From positions 65,928 to 129,927 of the forward strand of contig CAWBYX010000012.1 of assembly GCA_963793135.1 (NCBI GenBank): DNA of 64,000 nt. The letters run 5' to 3'. Under the pieces are notes generated by a model, which did not search any database, was not told the DNA's origin, and saw only the letters and a program-made list of their open reading frames with translations. A program made the position numbers and the translations under genes. Positions 46,348 through 55,590 of this stretch are shown here, one piece after another (the stretch's first letter is position 1; every line of letters begins with the position of its first letter). The stretch comes from an uncultured Verrucomicrobiae bacterium (GTDB taxonomy: Bacteria > Verrucomicrobiota > Verrucomicrobiia > Chthoniobacterales > JAFAMB01).

Positions 46348-48276
46348 TTAGCGCCCGCGCCGTAGCCAAACTAACATCTCACCGGGAGAGCGATTGTCCC
46401 AGGCATAGTAGGGAATCATTTTGATTTCACAAGGTTTAGTCCCCGGTTCAGAAAGGGAATAGAGCAAACTTTCTTCCAGGTCTTCGCTGGAGCCCGGCGC
46501 CGAAAGTGAAACGATCTTACCGAGTTCGCTATCCTCACGTTTAACCTCGAAGTTTTTGTCCGGATAGATGGCAAGCCGATCGAGGCGACCACCATTGTCG
46601 GTCTCCTCTGCGCAGTAGAGCAATGGGCCGCGGCTGACCGCGACTCTGCCTCGATTGCTAACCACTTCATAGTTGGAGAAGTGCGTTTGCACCGGCATCT
46701 GAAAACTCACTGTCAACTCGTCTCCTGACTTCCAGTCGCGCGAGATCGTGGCATAACCGGCTGCAATCTCTGGCACGATTTCATTGCCGTTCAGAGCGAA
46801 CTGACGATCGCCGGCCCATCCTGGAATCCGGAGCCGGACTTCAAATGAAGTACCGGGTACGCTCTCGAACCGAATCGAAGCGGTGCCATCGAACGGAAAA
46901 TCCGAGACTGCGACCAGGCGGCCATCCTTGCCATCCACGGAAAAGCTCGCTTCACTGGAAACGTAATGATGAATCGCAATTGCTTTGGGCCCTGAAGAAT
47001 AGAGGTAACCGGAAATGGACAGGACCAGGCGAGCGAGATTTGCCGGGCAGCAGGGACACCACCATGGCCAACTCACCCGGTGTTGCGAACCATCGCTCGC
47101 CAGCGGGTTGTGATAAAAGAATGTTTTGCCGTCAATGCCGAGGCCAGCCAGAACACCATTATAAAGCGTTCTTTCCATCGCGTCGGTGTATCGGCTGTCG
47201 AGATCGAGGTGAACCATGCGGTGGGCCCATTGCAGGAGGGCGATCGCGGCACAGGTTTCGGCGTAGCTGTCGAGGTTTGGCAGATCGAAATTTTTGGTGA
47301 ATCCCTCGTTCTCAGCGTCTGAGCCGATGCCCCCGGTGATATATAGTTTGCTCCTGCAGAGGTCGTTCCAGAAGGTTTTGCAAACGGCGAGTAATTCTTC
47401 GTCTCTCAATTCATCCGCCAGATCCGCCACCGCACTGTAAAGATACATGGCGCGCACGGCATGTCCGACCACTTCCCGTTGTTCCCGGATCGGAATGTGG
47501 GCCTGCATGTACGCGTACGGATGCACCGGATGATTGGGGCGAAACGGTACTGAATCCAATCTTTGGACTGCTTCCTGGTCGAAGTAATGAGGTTTCGTTC
47601 CTCGTCGTTCGACAAAAAATCGGCTGAGGTCCAGGTAGCGTTGCTCGCGAGTGAGACGATACAGGCGGATCAGGGCCAGCTCAATTTCAGGATGCCCACA
47701 ATAGCCAGGCAGTTGATGAGACCCGGGACCAAACACGTTTACCAGGTGATCTGCCAGACCAATGGCAATATCGAGCAAAGTCTTTTTACCAGTCGCCTGG
47801 TGGTGGACCACTGCAGCTTCGATTAGATGGCCAGCGCAATAGAGCTCATGCAGATCACGAAGATTTTTGAAACGATGCCGTGGGCGCCAGGTCAGGATAT
47901 GGCTATTGAGATAGCCGTCGGATTGCTGGGCGCCCGCGAGGAGTTCAATCGTACCGTCGACCAGGATTTCGAGCTTCGCGTCTTTGTGGTGTTGCAGGTA
48001 GGCGCTGGCGGCCTCAAGCCATTTGGCCACATCCGAGTCCCAGAAGATGCTGCCTCCCCAGTACCATGAGTTCGATTCCTGCCGGCCGCGGTGCATGCGC
48101 TGATCGAGTCGCAGGGCATCGAAGTGGCCTTGGTTCCGCATCTCGTTGTAGATGTGGCCGAGAGTGACTTGTCCTACCTGCTGCTGCAGTTTGGCCCAGA
48201 ATCCGCCGGTAATGGAAACGCGGGTTTGATCGAGAGGTTGCCAGGGGGGAAGCATCTCTAAGGTTGTAGTCTGCAA
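46348..48276 (-). CDS. glycoside hydrolase family 127 (DUF1680, beta-L-arabinofuranosidase-like)
   Basis: 642 aa with the Cys-rich motif PWWCPCCPANLARL typical of GH127. TTG start at 48276; an alternative ATG is at 48255. Confidence 0.8.
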   Translation of the reverse strand: MQTTTLEMLPPWQPLDQTRVSITGGFWAKLQQQVGQVTLGHIYNEMRNQGHFDALRLDQRMHRGRQESNSWYWGGSIFWDSDVAKWLEAASAYLQHHKDAKLEILVDGTIELLAGAQQSDGYLNSHILTWRPRHRFKNLRDLHELYCAGHLIEAAVVHHQATGKKTLLDIAIGLADHLVNVFGPGSHQLPGYCGHPEIELALIRLYRLTREQRYLDLSRFFVERRGTKPHYFDQEAVQRLDSVPFRPNHPVHPYAYMQAHIPIREQREVVGHAVRAMYLYSAVADLADELRDEELLAVCKTFWNDLCRSKLYITGGIGSDAENEGFTKNFDLPNLDSYAETCAAIALLQWAHRMVHLDLDSRYTDAMERTLYNGVLAGLGIDGKTFFYHNPLASDGSQHRVSWPWWCPCCPANLARLVLSISGYLYSSGPKAIAIHHYVSSEASFSVDGKDGRLVAVSDFPFDGTASIRFESVPGTSFEVRLRIPGWAGDRQFALNGNEIVPEIAAGYATISRDWKSGDELTVSFQMPVQTHFSNYEVVSNRGRVAVSRGPLLYCAEETDNGGRLDRLAIYPDKNFEVKREDSELGKIVSLSAPGSSEDLEESLLYSLSEPGTKPCEIKMIPYYAWDNRSPGEMLVWLRRGR

Positions 48277-48351
48277 TCACGCCTTTGTGCAACGGTAGCG
48301 TGCGGTAGAATACCCGTACGATTCCGACACAGGCAGAAACGGGTCGGTGGG

Positions 48352-48491
48352 GAAACGTATCGGCGGGTCGGCGTAGGGCGTGTCGGCGTTCGACACAGTC
48401 GTTCATTGTATGCGATGCGGCCACGGCCGGGTCGCCAGCCGGGCAACAGCCCTACGCCGACACGCCCTACGCCGACCCGCCGATACGTTTC
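48352..48491. repeat. perfect 37-bp inverted repeat with a 66-nt loop
   Basis: 48352-48388 pairs base-for-base with 48455-48491 (checked position by position). The arms are built of gccgacac/gccctac-type units. The TetR stop codon (48467-48469) lies inside the right arm. Confidence 0.95.
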
Positions 48492-49073
48492 TCCTCCAGC
48501 TCCTCGACCATCTGCAACATTCGCTGAGAGACTTTGCGAATCTGGCCCGGTGTCAGGAACGAGAGGTTGAGGAGTTCCAGGAGCAATAATCCCTGCGAAG
48601 CGAGAAACAGAATAGCTATATCTTCCGTCTGCAGGGTGAGTCCCTTGGAGAGATTCTGAAATTCCCTTCGGATCGAATTTCGCATCGGTTCAACCAGCTT
48701 CGGATCGCTGGCAATTGCCGCGATAACGGCCGTCAGAACGGGGCGCTGGCCCTCCAGGTGCCGGAGAGTTCCGATGATGTTCGCCTTCATTTTGCCGTTA
48801 CGCTCGCCATTCAGCGATTCTTCGACTTTCGTTTGCTCGCTGAGCAAAAGTTCCATCGATCGGAGGATCATCGCTTCGAGCAGGGCTTCTTTGGACCGAA
48901 AATGATAAAAGAGGCCGCCCTTGCTGACCTTGGCTTCGTGGGCGGCTGTTTCGAGCGTCAGGTGCGCGGGACCGCGCCTGGCGACGATATTCTCGGCTGC
49001 CTGCAGAATTAATTCGCGCGAATCTCTTTTGTGTCGAATCGGTGTCGAAGTGGAGCTGCGGACTACGGCTCAT
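48467..49073 (-). pseudogene. TetR/AcrR family transcriptional regulator, interrupted by a frame change at the T4 run 49027-49030
   Basis: ATG 49073 opens MSRSPQLHFDTDSTQKR..., but the TetR HTH (RELILQAAENIVARRGPAHLTLETAAHEAKVSKGGLFYHFRSKEALLEAMILRS) is in the adjacent frame, which has no start codon. Removing one A of the coding-strand A4 run joins them. Confidence 0.75.
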
Positions 49074-49237
49074 GCCGAAGCCTACTTTAGAACCGGTCGC
49101 GTGAGTACACTCAAATGGTGTGAACTGGTCAAGTAATCATCGACCGACCGACGAAGTGAGTCGGTAGCCTCCACATCAGCTTGCGATTACGGGTGCAAAC
49201 GTTTAGATGGGAGGCAAAAAAGAGGAAAGAGTAATCT

Positions 49238-49501
49238 ATGTTCAGTCTGATTGGCGCATTGGTTATCGGATTAATCGTCGGCGCGATTGCGAAACTAATC
49301 GTTCGAGGGGAAGAACCCGGCGGGTGCCTTATCACCATGGCGATCGGGATCGCCGGTTCGTTTGTCGCTTTTTATATCGGCAGAATATTTGGCTTCACCT
49401 ATGGGCACCCGGGCAATTTGCGACCGGTCGGGTTTATACCGTCCGTGATCGGCGCGATTGTCCTTTTACTGATTTATCACGCGATTCGGCGGAGGAGGTA
49501 A
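49238..49501 (+). CDS. GlsB/YeaQ/YmgE family stress-response membrane protein
   Basis: MFSLIGALVIGLIVGAIAKLIV...GCLITMAIGIAGSFVAFYIG matches the transglycosylase-associated protein family. Confidence 0.85.
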   Translation: MFSLIGALVIGLIVGAIAKLIVRGEEPGGCLITMAIGIAGSFVAFYIGRIFGFTYGHPGNLRPVGFIPSVIGAIVLLLIYHAIRRRR

Positions 49502-49517
49502 AGATTTTCCACCGGCG

Positions 49518-50129
49518 TCAATCCACGATCTGAACGGGAGTTCCCAATTCGACGTTATTGAAAAAAGTCTCCGCCATTTTTCCGGGCATTCGAATACATC
49601 CGTGCGATGCGGGATAACCTGGCAAATAACCTTCGTGCATTCCGACACCGCCGGTGATGCGCATGAAGTATGGCATTGGGGCGCCTTTGAAGACTGCTCC
49701 GGGCGGTTTTGGATCCTTGCCCGCTTCAACGTCCTTTTGCACAACGTTTCCCGTGGCATCCACATAGTCTCCGTACAGACTGGAGGCATGATCCTTGTCT
49801 TTTTGCGTGATCTTGTAGTTGCCAACCGGCGTGTTGTGGCCTTCCCGCCCGGCCGACACTTGGGATTCGCCCACGAGAACGTCGGCCTTGTAGAAATAGG
49901 CCCGCTGTTCTTTCAGATAGATTTTGACGGAGGGCGCTCCCTGCACGCCGTCCCCATCCCAATAGGAGATCGGGTCGTAACCTGAACCCGATTCAGGAGC
50001 GTTAGATGCCGAACCGCCGGTCAATGGTAAATACGACGTATTCGGATTTGCCAGGCGCGATTTTTCGCTCTCACCGCACGCCGCGAGAAACGAAGCGACC
50101 AAGATTATGGGAAACCATCGAATAGTCAT
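49518..50129 (-). CDS. L,D-transpeptidase (YkuD domain) lipoprotein
   Basis: Lipobox LVASFLAACG and the catalytic motif HEGYLPGYPASHGCIRM. Confidence 0.85.
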   Translation of the reverse strand: MTIRWFPIILVASFLAACGESEKSRLANPNTSYLPLTGGSASNAPESGSGYDPISYWDGDGVQGAPSVKIYLKEQRAYFYKADVLVGESQVSAGREGHNTPVGNYKITQKDKDHASSLYGDYVDATGNVVQKDVEAGKDPKPPGAVFKGAPMPYFMRITGGVGMHEGYLPGYPASHGCIRMPGKMAETFFNNVELGTPVQIVD

Positions 50130-50261
50130 AGACCGGAAATCAGCGGAATAAACTCGATTGGGCGAGTCGTCAAGTCACCTCCGTTACGATTGCCGATGAC
50201 AGATGGATGCAGGCACTGTTTGCTGGAGGCATCACCCTCTGCTATATCGAGAGCGTCACCT

Positions 50262-50651
50262 ATGCCCACCTACGAATATAAATGCGAAAAGTGTAATCAG
50301 ACATTTGATGCCTTCCAGTCGATGAACGACGCGGCGTATGCGGTTTGCCCGCAGCAGTTGTGCCGGCAAGAGGTTTGGGGTGAAGGGAAGGTCAAGCGTC
50401 TGATTGGAACAGGTGCAGGACTGATATTTAAGGGCTCTGGTTTTTATACCACCGACTACCGGAGCGCGAATTATAAGGAAAGCGCCAAAAAAGAAAGTGG
50501 ATCCTCGAAAGGCGACGAAGCCAAGGGCAGTTCGGATAAGCCTAAAGAAAGTGGGTCTTCCAAAGGCGAGGGGAGCAAGAGTGAGACCGCTAAAGGTGGC
50601 TCGGATAAGGCGGCCGGATCTTCCGGGCCCACACCCTCCACGAGCAGTTGA
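50262..50651 (+). CDS. FmdB family zinc-ribbon protein with a Ser/Gly/Lys-rich tail
   Basis: MPTYEYKCEKCNQTFDAFQSMNDAAYAVCP and GSGFYTTDY are FmdB/CxxC_CxxC_SSSS hallmarks. Start at residue 25 of the track ORF. Confidence 0.85.
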   Translation: MPTYEYKCEKCNQTFDAFQSMNDAAYAVCPQQLCRQEVWGEGKVKRLIGTGAGLIFKGSGFYTTDYRSANYKESAKKESGSSKGDEAKGSSDKPKESGSSKGEGSKSETAKGGSDKAAGSSGPTPSTSS

Positions 50652-50697
50652 GGGCCTTAACCGTTGGGAGGCGTCGATGACATGACAAAGCATTTCA

Positions 50698-50841
50698 ATG
50701 GCATATAGTTATTGGATGTTTCGATTGACTCGGGGTGAGCAGTTGCTGGTTGTCGCACTTGGATTGGCGTTGCTCGTGGGAGCAATCGTAAAACACGTTC
50801 GGGCAACCGTTGTTCAGCAAGAGCAGGTTGAGTCCAGGTAA
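50698..50841 (+). CDS. hypothetical small membrane protein, 47 aa (below ORF-track cutoff)
   Basis: Hand translation MAYSYWMFRLTRGEQLLVVALGLALLVGAIVKHVRATVVQQEQVESR*; one TM helix; ends 5 nt before the next gene; weak support. Confidence 0.3.
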   Translation: MAYSYWMFRLTRGEQLLVVALGLALLVGAIVKHVRATVVQQEQVESR

Positions 50842-50846
50842 AAAAA

Positions 50847-51248
50847 ATGCAGAGATCTTTTAATGAAGTCGTTGAACAAATGATCGAAAGGGATCCTCGC
50901 TACGGGAAAGAAGCCTACATCTTCCTGAAGGAAGCCCTTGAATTCACGATCAAACAAAAAAAGCGTGGGAAAACCGAAGCCGGATCGCACGTCGATGCCG
51001 CCGAGTTGCTCGACGGATTCCGACAACTCGCGCTCAAAGAATTTGGACCAATGGTGATGACCGTCCTGGAATATTGGGGTGTCCGGTCTTCGTTTGATGT
51101 CGGTCAGATGGTGTTCAACCTGATCGGTGCCGGCGTTTTCGGAAAGACGGAATCGGATTCAGTGGATGATTTTAATCGCGCTTTGGATTTTCATATGGCA
51201 TTTACCGCGCCTTTTGAGCCTCACAAATCAAATCCGGCAAATTCCTGA
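50847..51248 (+). CDS. conserved hypothetical protein, Minf_1886-like (family I recall as restricted to Verrucomicrobia/Planctomycetes)
   Basis: RDPRYGKEAYIFLKEALEFTIKQ...HVDAAELLDGFRQLALKEFGPMVMTVLEYWGVRSSFDVGQMVFNLIGAGVFGKTESDSVDDF matches my memory of that family; not verified. Confidence 0.6.
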   Translation: MQRSFNEVVEQMIERDPRYGKEAYIFLKEALEFTIKQKKRGKTEAGSHVDAAELLDGFRQLALKEFGPMVMTVLEYWGVRSSFDVGQMVFNLIGAGVFGKTESDSVDDFNRALDFHMAFTAPFEPHKSNPANS

Positions 51249-51256
51249 ACCTGGAA

Positions 51257-53779
51257 ATGATTTCAATGGGGCTTCCTGAGGTTGATCCGACTCTTTTCGA
51301 ACTCTCAAATGGTTTGACGGTCATTGTCGCTGAACAGCATTCCGCGCCGGTTGCCAGCATTCAGGCCTGGTGCCAGACAGGCAGCATTCACGAAGGCAAG
51401 TGGCTCGGCGGCGGGCTGACCCATCTGCTGGAGCACGTACTTTTCAATGGGACGGAAAGCCGTTCTTCCAAGCAGATCAGCGACGAGATTCACGGAATGG
51501 GCGGTTACGTTAATGCCTACACCTCCTTTGAACGGACGGTTTTCTGGGTTGACTGCCCAGCCGCAGCGGTCCGGCAGTCGATCGACGTCTTGGGCGATAT
51601 GCTCTTTCGATCGCTCGTCGAACCTGAGCCTCTCGAAAAGGAGATGGACATTATTCGACGCGAGTTTGACATGGGCCTCGATGATCCGGACCGCCTTCTC
51701 AGTCACCTCACTTTCGGAACGGCTTTTCAGGTGCACCCTTGTCGGTATCCGGTGATCGGGATCCGGGAAGTATTTGATCAACTGGCGCACGAAGATGTCC
51801 TCCGGTATTACCGGCAGCGCTACGTTCCGAACAATCTGTTTCTGGTGGTGGTGGGGGACGTCGAAACGGATCAGGTTCGCTCCTACGCCGAAGAACTTCT
51901 TGGATTCGCCAAGCGCGGTCCACTGGAGCCGATCATTTTACCGGAAGAACCACCCCAGTTGGGTCGGCGCGAGACCTCGCAAGACTTTGCCGGTGACCTT
52001 GCTTATTTCAATCTGGGCTGGCACGTGCCGGGCGTTTCCGACGATGACATGGCGGCGGTCGATGCCGCTTCCGTTGTTCTGGGCGGCGGAGCCAGTTCAA
52101 GACTCTATCAGCAGCTGCGCGAGAAGGAAGGCCTTGTCTATGGGGTGGGAGCTTACGCCTATACCCCTGGATTCCCAGGTTTGCTGACGGTTTCGGGCCA
52201 GTGTGCGAAAGAAGTCGCGGAGATGGTTCCCAATCGAATTGTGGAATGCGTCAACGATCGTCGGCAAAGCCGATTTTCCGAGGAAGAACTAAGGAAGGCG
52301 AAGCGGATCATTACCGTGAACACGATCGAGCAGTTTCAGACCGTCAAGGGATTAGCTTCGGATCTCGGTTTGAATTGGTTGTACGCCAGGAACCTCAATT
52401 TCAGCCACCGTTACTTGGAGCGCTTGCAAGGCGTGACCCCCGCGGATGTTGAACGGGTTGTTTCCCGCTATCTCACGGATTCCAACCTGACCGTCGCGGT
52501 GCTTCGTCCAGGGAATGACTCCAAGCGGGCGTCGATCAGAAAAACGAAGATCGCAGACCCTGAACTTCATGTGCTGCCCAATGGAACCAAGGTCGTTCTC
52601 ATTCCGGACCGGCGGCTTCCGATGATCTACGCTTCCGCGGCCTTTCGAGGCGGTTCGCTTTACGAGACGAATCGAAACAGTGGCCTCCATCGACTGCTCA
52701 CCCAGGCAATGCCAAAGGGTACGAAGAGCAGATCGGCCGAGCAGATCGCCGGGCAGATTGAGGGGATGGGCGGCATGCTCTCGGTGGAATCCGGGTTTAA
52801 CACGATACGGATTGCCGCCAGTTCGTTGTCCGACGATTTCAGCGATGCGTTTGCCGTGATGATGGACGTGGCGGTCAACCCCGCGTTTCCAGCCGAATCA
52901 ACGGAACGCGAACGGGAAAGTCAGATCGCCGGCATCCGGGCGGAGAAGGCGCAGCCACAGATCGTCGCGCGGAATTTGTTGAGAGCCGAGATTTACGGTG
53001 ATCACCCGTACGGTTTGAATCCGCTCGGCCGCGAAGAAACAGTCCTTCAAATTGGGCAAGCCGATCTCATCAATAGACACCGGGCCTGTTTTGTTTGGCC
53101 CCGAGCGGTTTTTGGTTTTTGTGGCGCTATCGACACTGACCGGATCCTCGAACTGGTCGATCAGGTACCGAAAGATTTGGCAGAGGACCAATCTTTCGTT
53201 CCGACCACCGCGAGAGTGCCGGAGGATTTCCAAAGCCGGCTCGTCACTTCCTATGAAGGCAGGCACCAGGCAGTGGTGTGCGTCGGCTATCTCGCCTGCA
53301 CGATTGATAGCCCGGATCGAATCAGTCTCGAAATTCTGGATGAGGCGGCGGGCGATTCGAGTTCCCGATTCTTCGTAAAGATCCGCGAGGAACTGGGACT
53401 GGCCTACTCGGTTGGGAGTTCCTTATTCCTGGGAGTTGCTCCAGGAGTTTTCAGCCTTCACGTGGCCACTGCTCCCGCAAAGGTCGAACAGGTGACGCAG
53501 ATTCTTTACCACGAATTGGAGATCTTATGGAAACACGGCCTTAAACCAGAGGAGTTTGACCGAGCTAAGACAAGGACTTTGTCGCAACTGGCTTTCCAGT
53601 TGCAGAACATGGACGCCTACGCGCACAGCGTAGCGCTCAATGAGTTGTACGGATTGGGATACGATTATGTCCACCGACGCAGGAAGCAGATTGAGGATCA
53701 GACGATCGATTCTGTCAATGAAGCCGCCAGGAAATATTTGATGGATAAACCGGCGATAACGATCATTGTTAGGCCTTGA
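51257..53779 (+). CDS. M16 (pitrilysin/insulinase) family peptidase, two tandem M16 units, 840 aa
   Basis: Inverted zinc motif HLLEH followed by E in GTESRS...; the second half repeats the inactive M16 fold. Confidence 0.85.
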   Translation: MISMGLPEVDPTLFELSNGLTVIVAEQHSAPVASIQAWCQTGSIHEGKWLGGGLTHLLEHVLFNGTESRSSKQISDEIHGMGGYVNAYTSFERTVFWVDCPAAAVRQSIDVLGDMLFRSLVEPEPLEKEMDIIRREFDMGLDDPDRLLSHLTFGTAFQVHPCRYPVIGIREVFDQLAHEDVLRYYRQRYVPNNLFLVVVGDVETDQVRSYAEELLGFAKRGPLEPIILPEEPPQLGRRETSQDFAGDLAYFNLGWHVPGVSDDDMAAVDAASVVLGGGASSRLYQQLREKEGLVYGVGAYAYTPGFPGLLTVSGQCAKEVAEMVPNRIVECVNDRRQSRFSEEELRKAKRIITVNTIEQFQTVKGLASDLGLNWLYARNLNFSHRYLERLQGVTPADVERVVSRYLTDSNLTVAVLRPGNDSKRASIRKTKIADPELHVLPNGTKVVLIPDRRLPMIYASAAFRGGSLYETNRNSGLHRLLTQAMPKGTKSRSAEQIAGQIEGMGGMLSVESGFNTIRIAASSLSDDFSDAFAVMMDVAVNPAFPAESTERERESQIAGIRAEKAQPQIVARNLLRAEIYGDHPYGLNPLGREETVLQIGQADLINRHRACFVWPRAVFGFCGAIDTDRILELVDQVPKDLAEDQSFVPTTARVPEDFQSRLVTSYEGRHQAVVCVGYLACTIDSPDRISLEILDEAAGDSSSRFFVKIREELGLAYSVGSSLFLGVAPGVFSLHVATAPAKVEQVTQILYHELEILWKHGLKPEEFDRAKTRTLSQLAFQLQNMDAYAHSVALNELYGLGYDYVHRRRKQIEDQTIDSVNEAARKYLMDKPAITIIVRP

Positions 53780-53798
53780 GCGAAACGGAAAATCCGAT

Positions 53799-54191
53799 AT
53801 GGCAGAATACCAGAATACGACTGTTTCTTCGGGCGAGATGACGCAACGGTTTATCGAGTTCGTGATGATGCAGGCCCAGAATGCGGCCTTTATGTTGGGT
53901 CAGATACCACACCCTCAGACAGGGAAGGCGGAAGTTAACTTGGACATGGCCCAGCTACTGATTGATCAACTGGTGATGATTCAGGAAAAGACCAAAAGCA
54001 ACTTAAACTCCGACGAGTCCCGGATCCTGGCCGGCGCTATTTCGAATTTGCAGATGGCCTTCGTTGAGGCAGTTCGGGGGGAGCCCTCGGACTCGAACAA
54101 GACGGTAATTCAGCCTGAAGCGCCTCCACCCCAAGCTGAGCAGAAACCCGCGGAGGAGCCCACACCAGAACAAAGCAGATCCGGACGGTAA
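53799..54191 (+). CDS. DUF1844 domain protein
   Basis: FIEFVMMQAQNAAFMLGQIPHPQTGKAEVNLDMAQLLIDQLVMIQEKTKSNLNSDE fits the DUF1844 pattern. ATG at residue 12 of the track ORF. Confidence 0.7.
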   Translation: MAEYQNTTVSSGEMTQRFIEFVMMQAQNAAFMLGQIPHPQTGKAEVNLDMAQLLIDQLVMIQEKTKSNLNSDESRILAGAISNLQMAFVEAVRGEPSDSNKTVIQPEAPPPQAEQKPAEEPTPEQSRSGR

Positions 54192-54293
54192 ACGGAAGTT
54201 CGTCAAAAGTTACGGTTCTTGATTCGCCCGTTGGGCACTGGCGGCAGTTCGCTCCAATTGGGGCGCGGTCTGTTCCTGGCCGGTCTTTGAGTC

Positions 54294-55106
54294 GTGAAAA
54301 GATTTGACATTCGGGGCGTGGAAATTGGCGGTGAAAGGCCTGTTTATATACTTGGCCCCTGTGTCATCGAATCTGAGAAATTCGTCCTTTCCCTGGCCGA
54401 AGATCTTAAAAAGATTTGTGATCCATTAGGTGTTTCGTGGATCTTCAAGGCTTCCTATGACAAAGCGAACAGGACTTCGGTCAAATCGTTTCGCGGCCTT
54501 GGACTGGAAGCCGGTTGTCGGTTGCTGCGCAAGATTGGGGATCAGATGAAGGTGCCGGTCACCACCGACGTTCATTCGCCGGATGATGCTCGGGTGGCAG
54601 GCCAATTCATTGATCTCCTGCAGATTCCTGCTTTTCTCAGTCGCCAAACCGACCTGATTCGAGCAGCAGCAGAAAGCGGGAGAGCGGTGAACGTGAAAAA
54701 GGGGCAATTCCTGGCTCCGTGGGACGTCCGGAACATCGCGGACAAATTGGAAACCTACGGATGCTCAACGTACGTCTTTACCGAAAGAGGCGTTAGTTTT
54801 GGCTATAATAACCTCGTTGCGGATATGCGTTCGTTGTATTGGATCCGGGAACTTGGCTACCCGGTCATCTTTGATGCCACGCATTCGGTTCAACGACCGA
54901 GTGGTGCGGGAGACCGGAGCGGCGGTGATGGCGTGCTGGCGCCAGTCCTGGCGCGAGCTGCAGCGGCGGCGGGGTGTGACGGAATATTTATCGAGACCCA
55001 CTATGATCCGAGTCAAGCCCTTTCAGATGGACCGAACCAAGTACCGCTCCGGGATCTTTCGGCTTTGCTGGGAAAGCTTAAGCAAATCCATGATCTCTGC
55101 CGGTAA
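54294..55106 (+). CDS. kdsA: 3-deoxy-8-phosphooctulonate (KDO-8-P) synthase
   Basis: GPCVIES, FKASYDKANRTS, LLQIPAFLSRQTDL, VNVKKGQFLAPWD, FDATHSVQ motifs; GTG start. Confidence 0.95.
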   Translation: MKRFDIRGVEIGGERPVYILGPCVIESEKFVLSLAEDLKKICDPLGVSWIFKASYDKANRTSVKSFRGLGLEAGCRLLRKIGDQMKVPVTTDVHSPDDARVAGQFIDLLQIPAFLSRQTDLIRAAAESGRAVNVKKGQFLAPWDVRNIADKLETYGCSTYVFTERGVSFGYNNLVADMRSLYWIRELGYPVIFDATHSVQRPSGAGDRSGGDGVLAPVLARAAAAAGCDGIFIETHYDPSQALSDGPNQVPLRDLSALLGKLKQIHDLCR

Positions 55107-55590
55107 AGCTTTTGCTTTAATCTGGCTGTTCGGAAGCACAGGTTCAACGCTGCTGGCCGACAGCAACAGCAGCGGAGAGGGGCGTAGAATTGATCTGCCG
55201 GTGCCGATCGGACATGATGTCAAAGGCTTGCGTGTTCCGGTCCGGAATGATCAGGGGAAGGTAGAGATGCAATTCGACATGGAGGCCGCGAGGCGACTGG
55301 ATGACCAGAACATCGAAATGCACACCACGACGATCCAAATGTACAATCAACAGACGTTCAAGCCGGACGCCAAGATCGAGTTGATATCATCGACGATGAA
55401 TCTGGATACCGAAGTCATCACAACGAAGGAACCGGTTCATATCACCCGAGAGGATTTCAATTTCACGGCGGATAGTGGGGTATTTAACTCAAAAACTCGC
55501 CAGGGGACGATGTTCGGAAATATCCATCTAGTGATTTATAATCGTAGCAAATTTGAAACAAAATCTGGCACCGGCGGTCAACAACATTAA
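55090..55590 (+). CDS. lptC: LptC-like LPS export protein
   Basis: N-terminal anchor AFALIWLFGSTGSTLLA and an OstA-like beta-jellyroll-type sequence. Position between kdsA and lptA. Start at residue 98 of track ORF 54799..55590, whose N-terminus overlaps kdsA. Confidence 0.6.
   Translation: MISAGKAFALIWLFGSTGSTLLADSNSSGEGRRIDLPVPIGHDVKGLRVPVRNDQGKVEMQFDMEAARRLDDQNIEMHTTTIQMYNQQTFKPDAKIELISSTMNLDTEVITTKEPVHITREDFNFTADSGVFNSKTRQGTMFGNIHLVIYNRSKFETKSGTGGQQH

Noticed and set aside
49074-49237. Imperfect inverted repeat gtacac...gtgtgaac upstream of the TetR gene as a TetR operator
   Set aside because: The half-sites match only with a gap and are short. That is not enough to call an operator from sequence alone.
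54799-55089. N-terminal 97 codons of track ORF 54799..55590
   Set aside because: This part overlaps kdsA in another frame. The LptC-like protein plausibly starts at ATG 55090, just before its membrane anchor.
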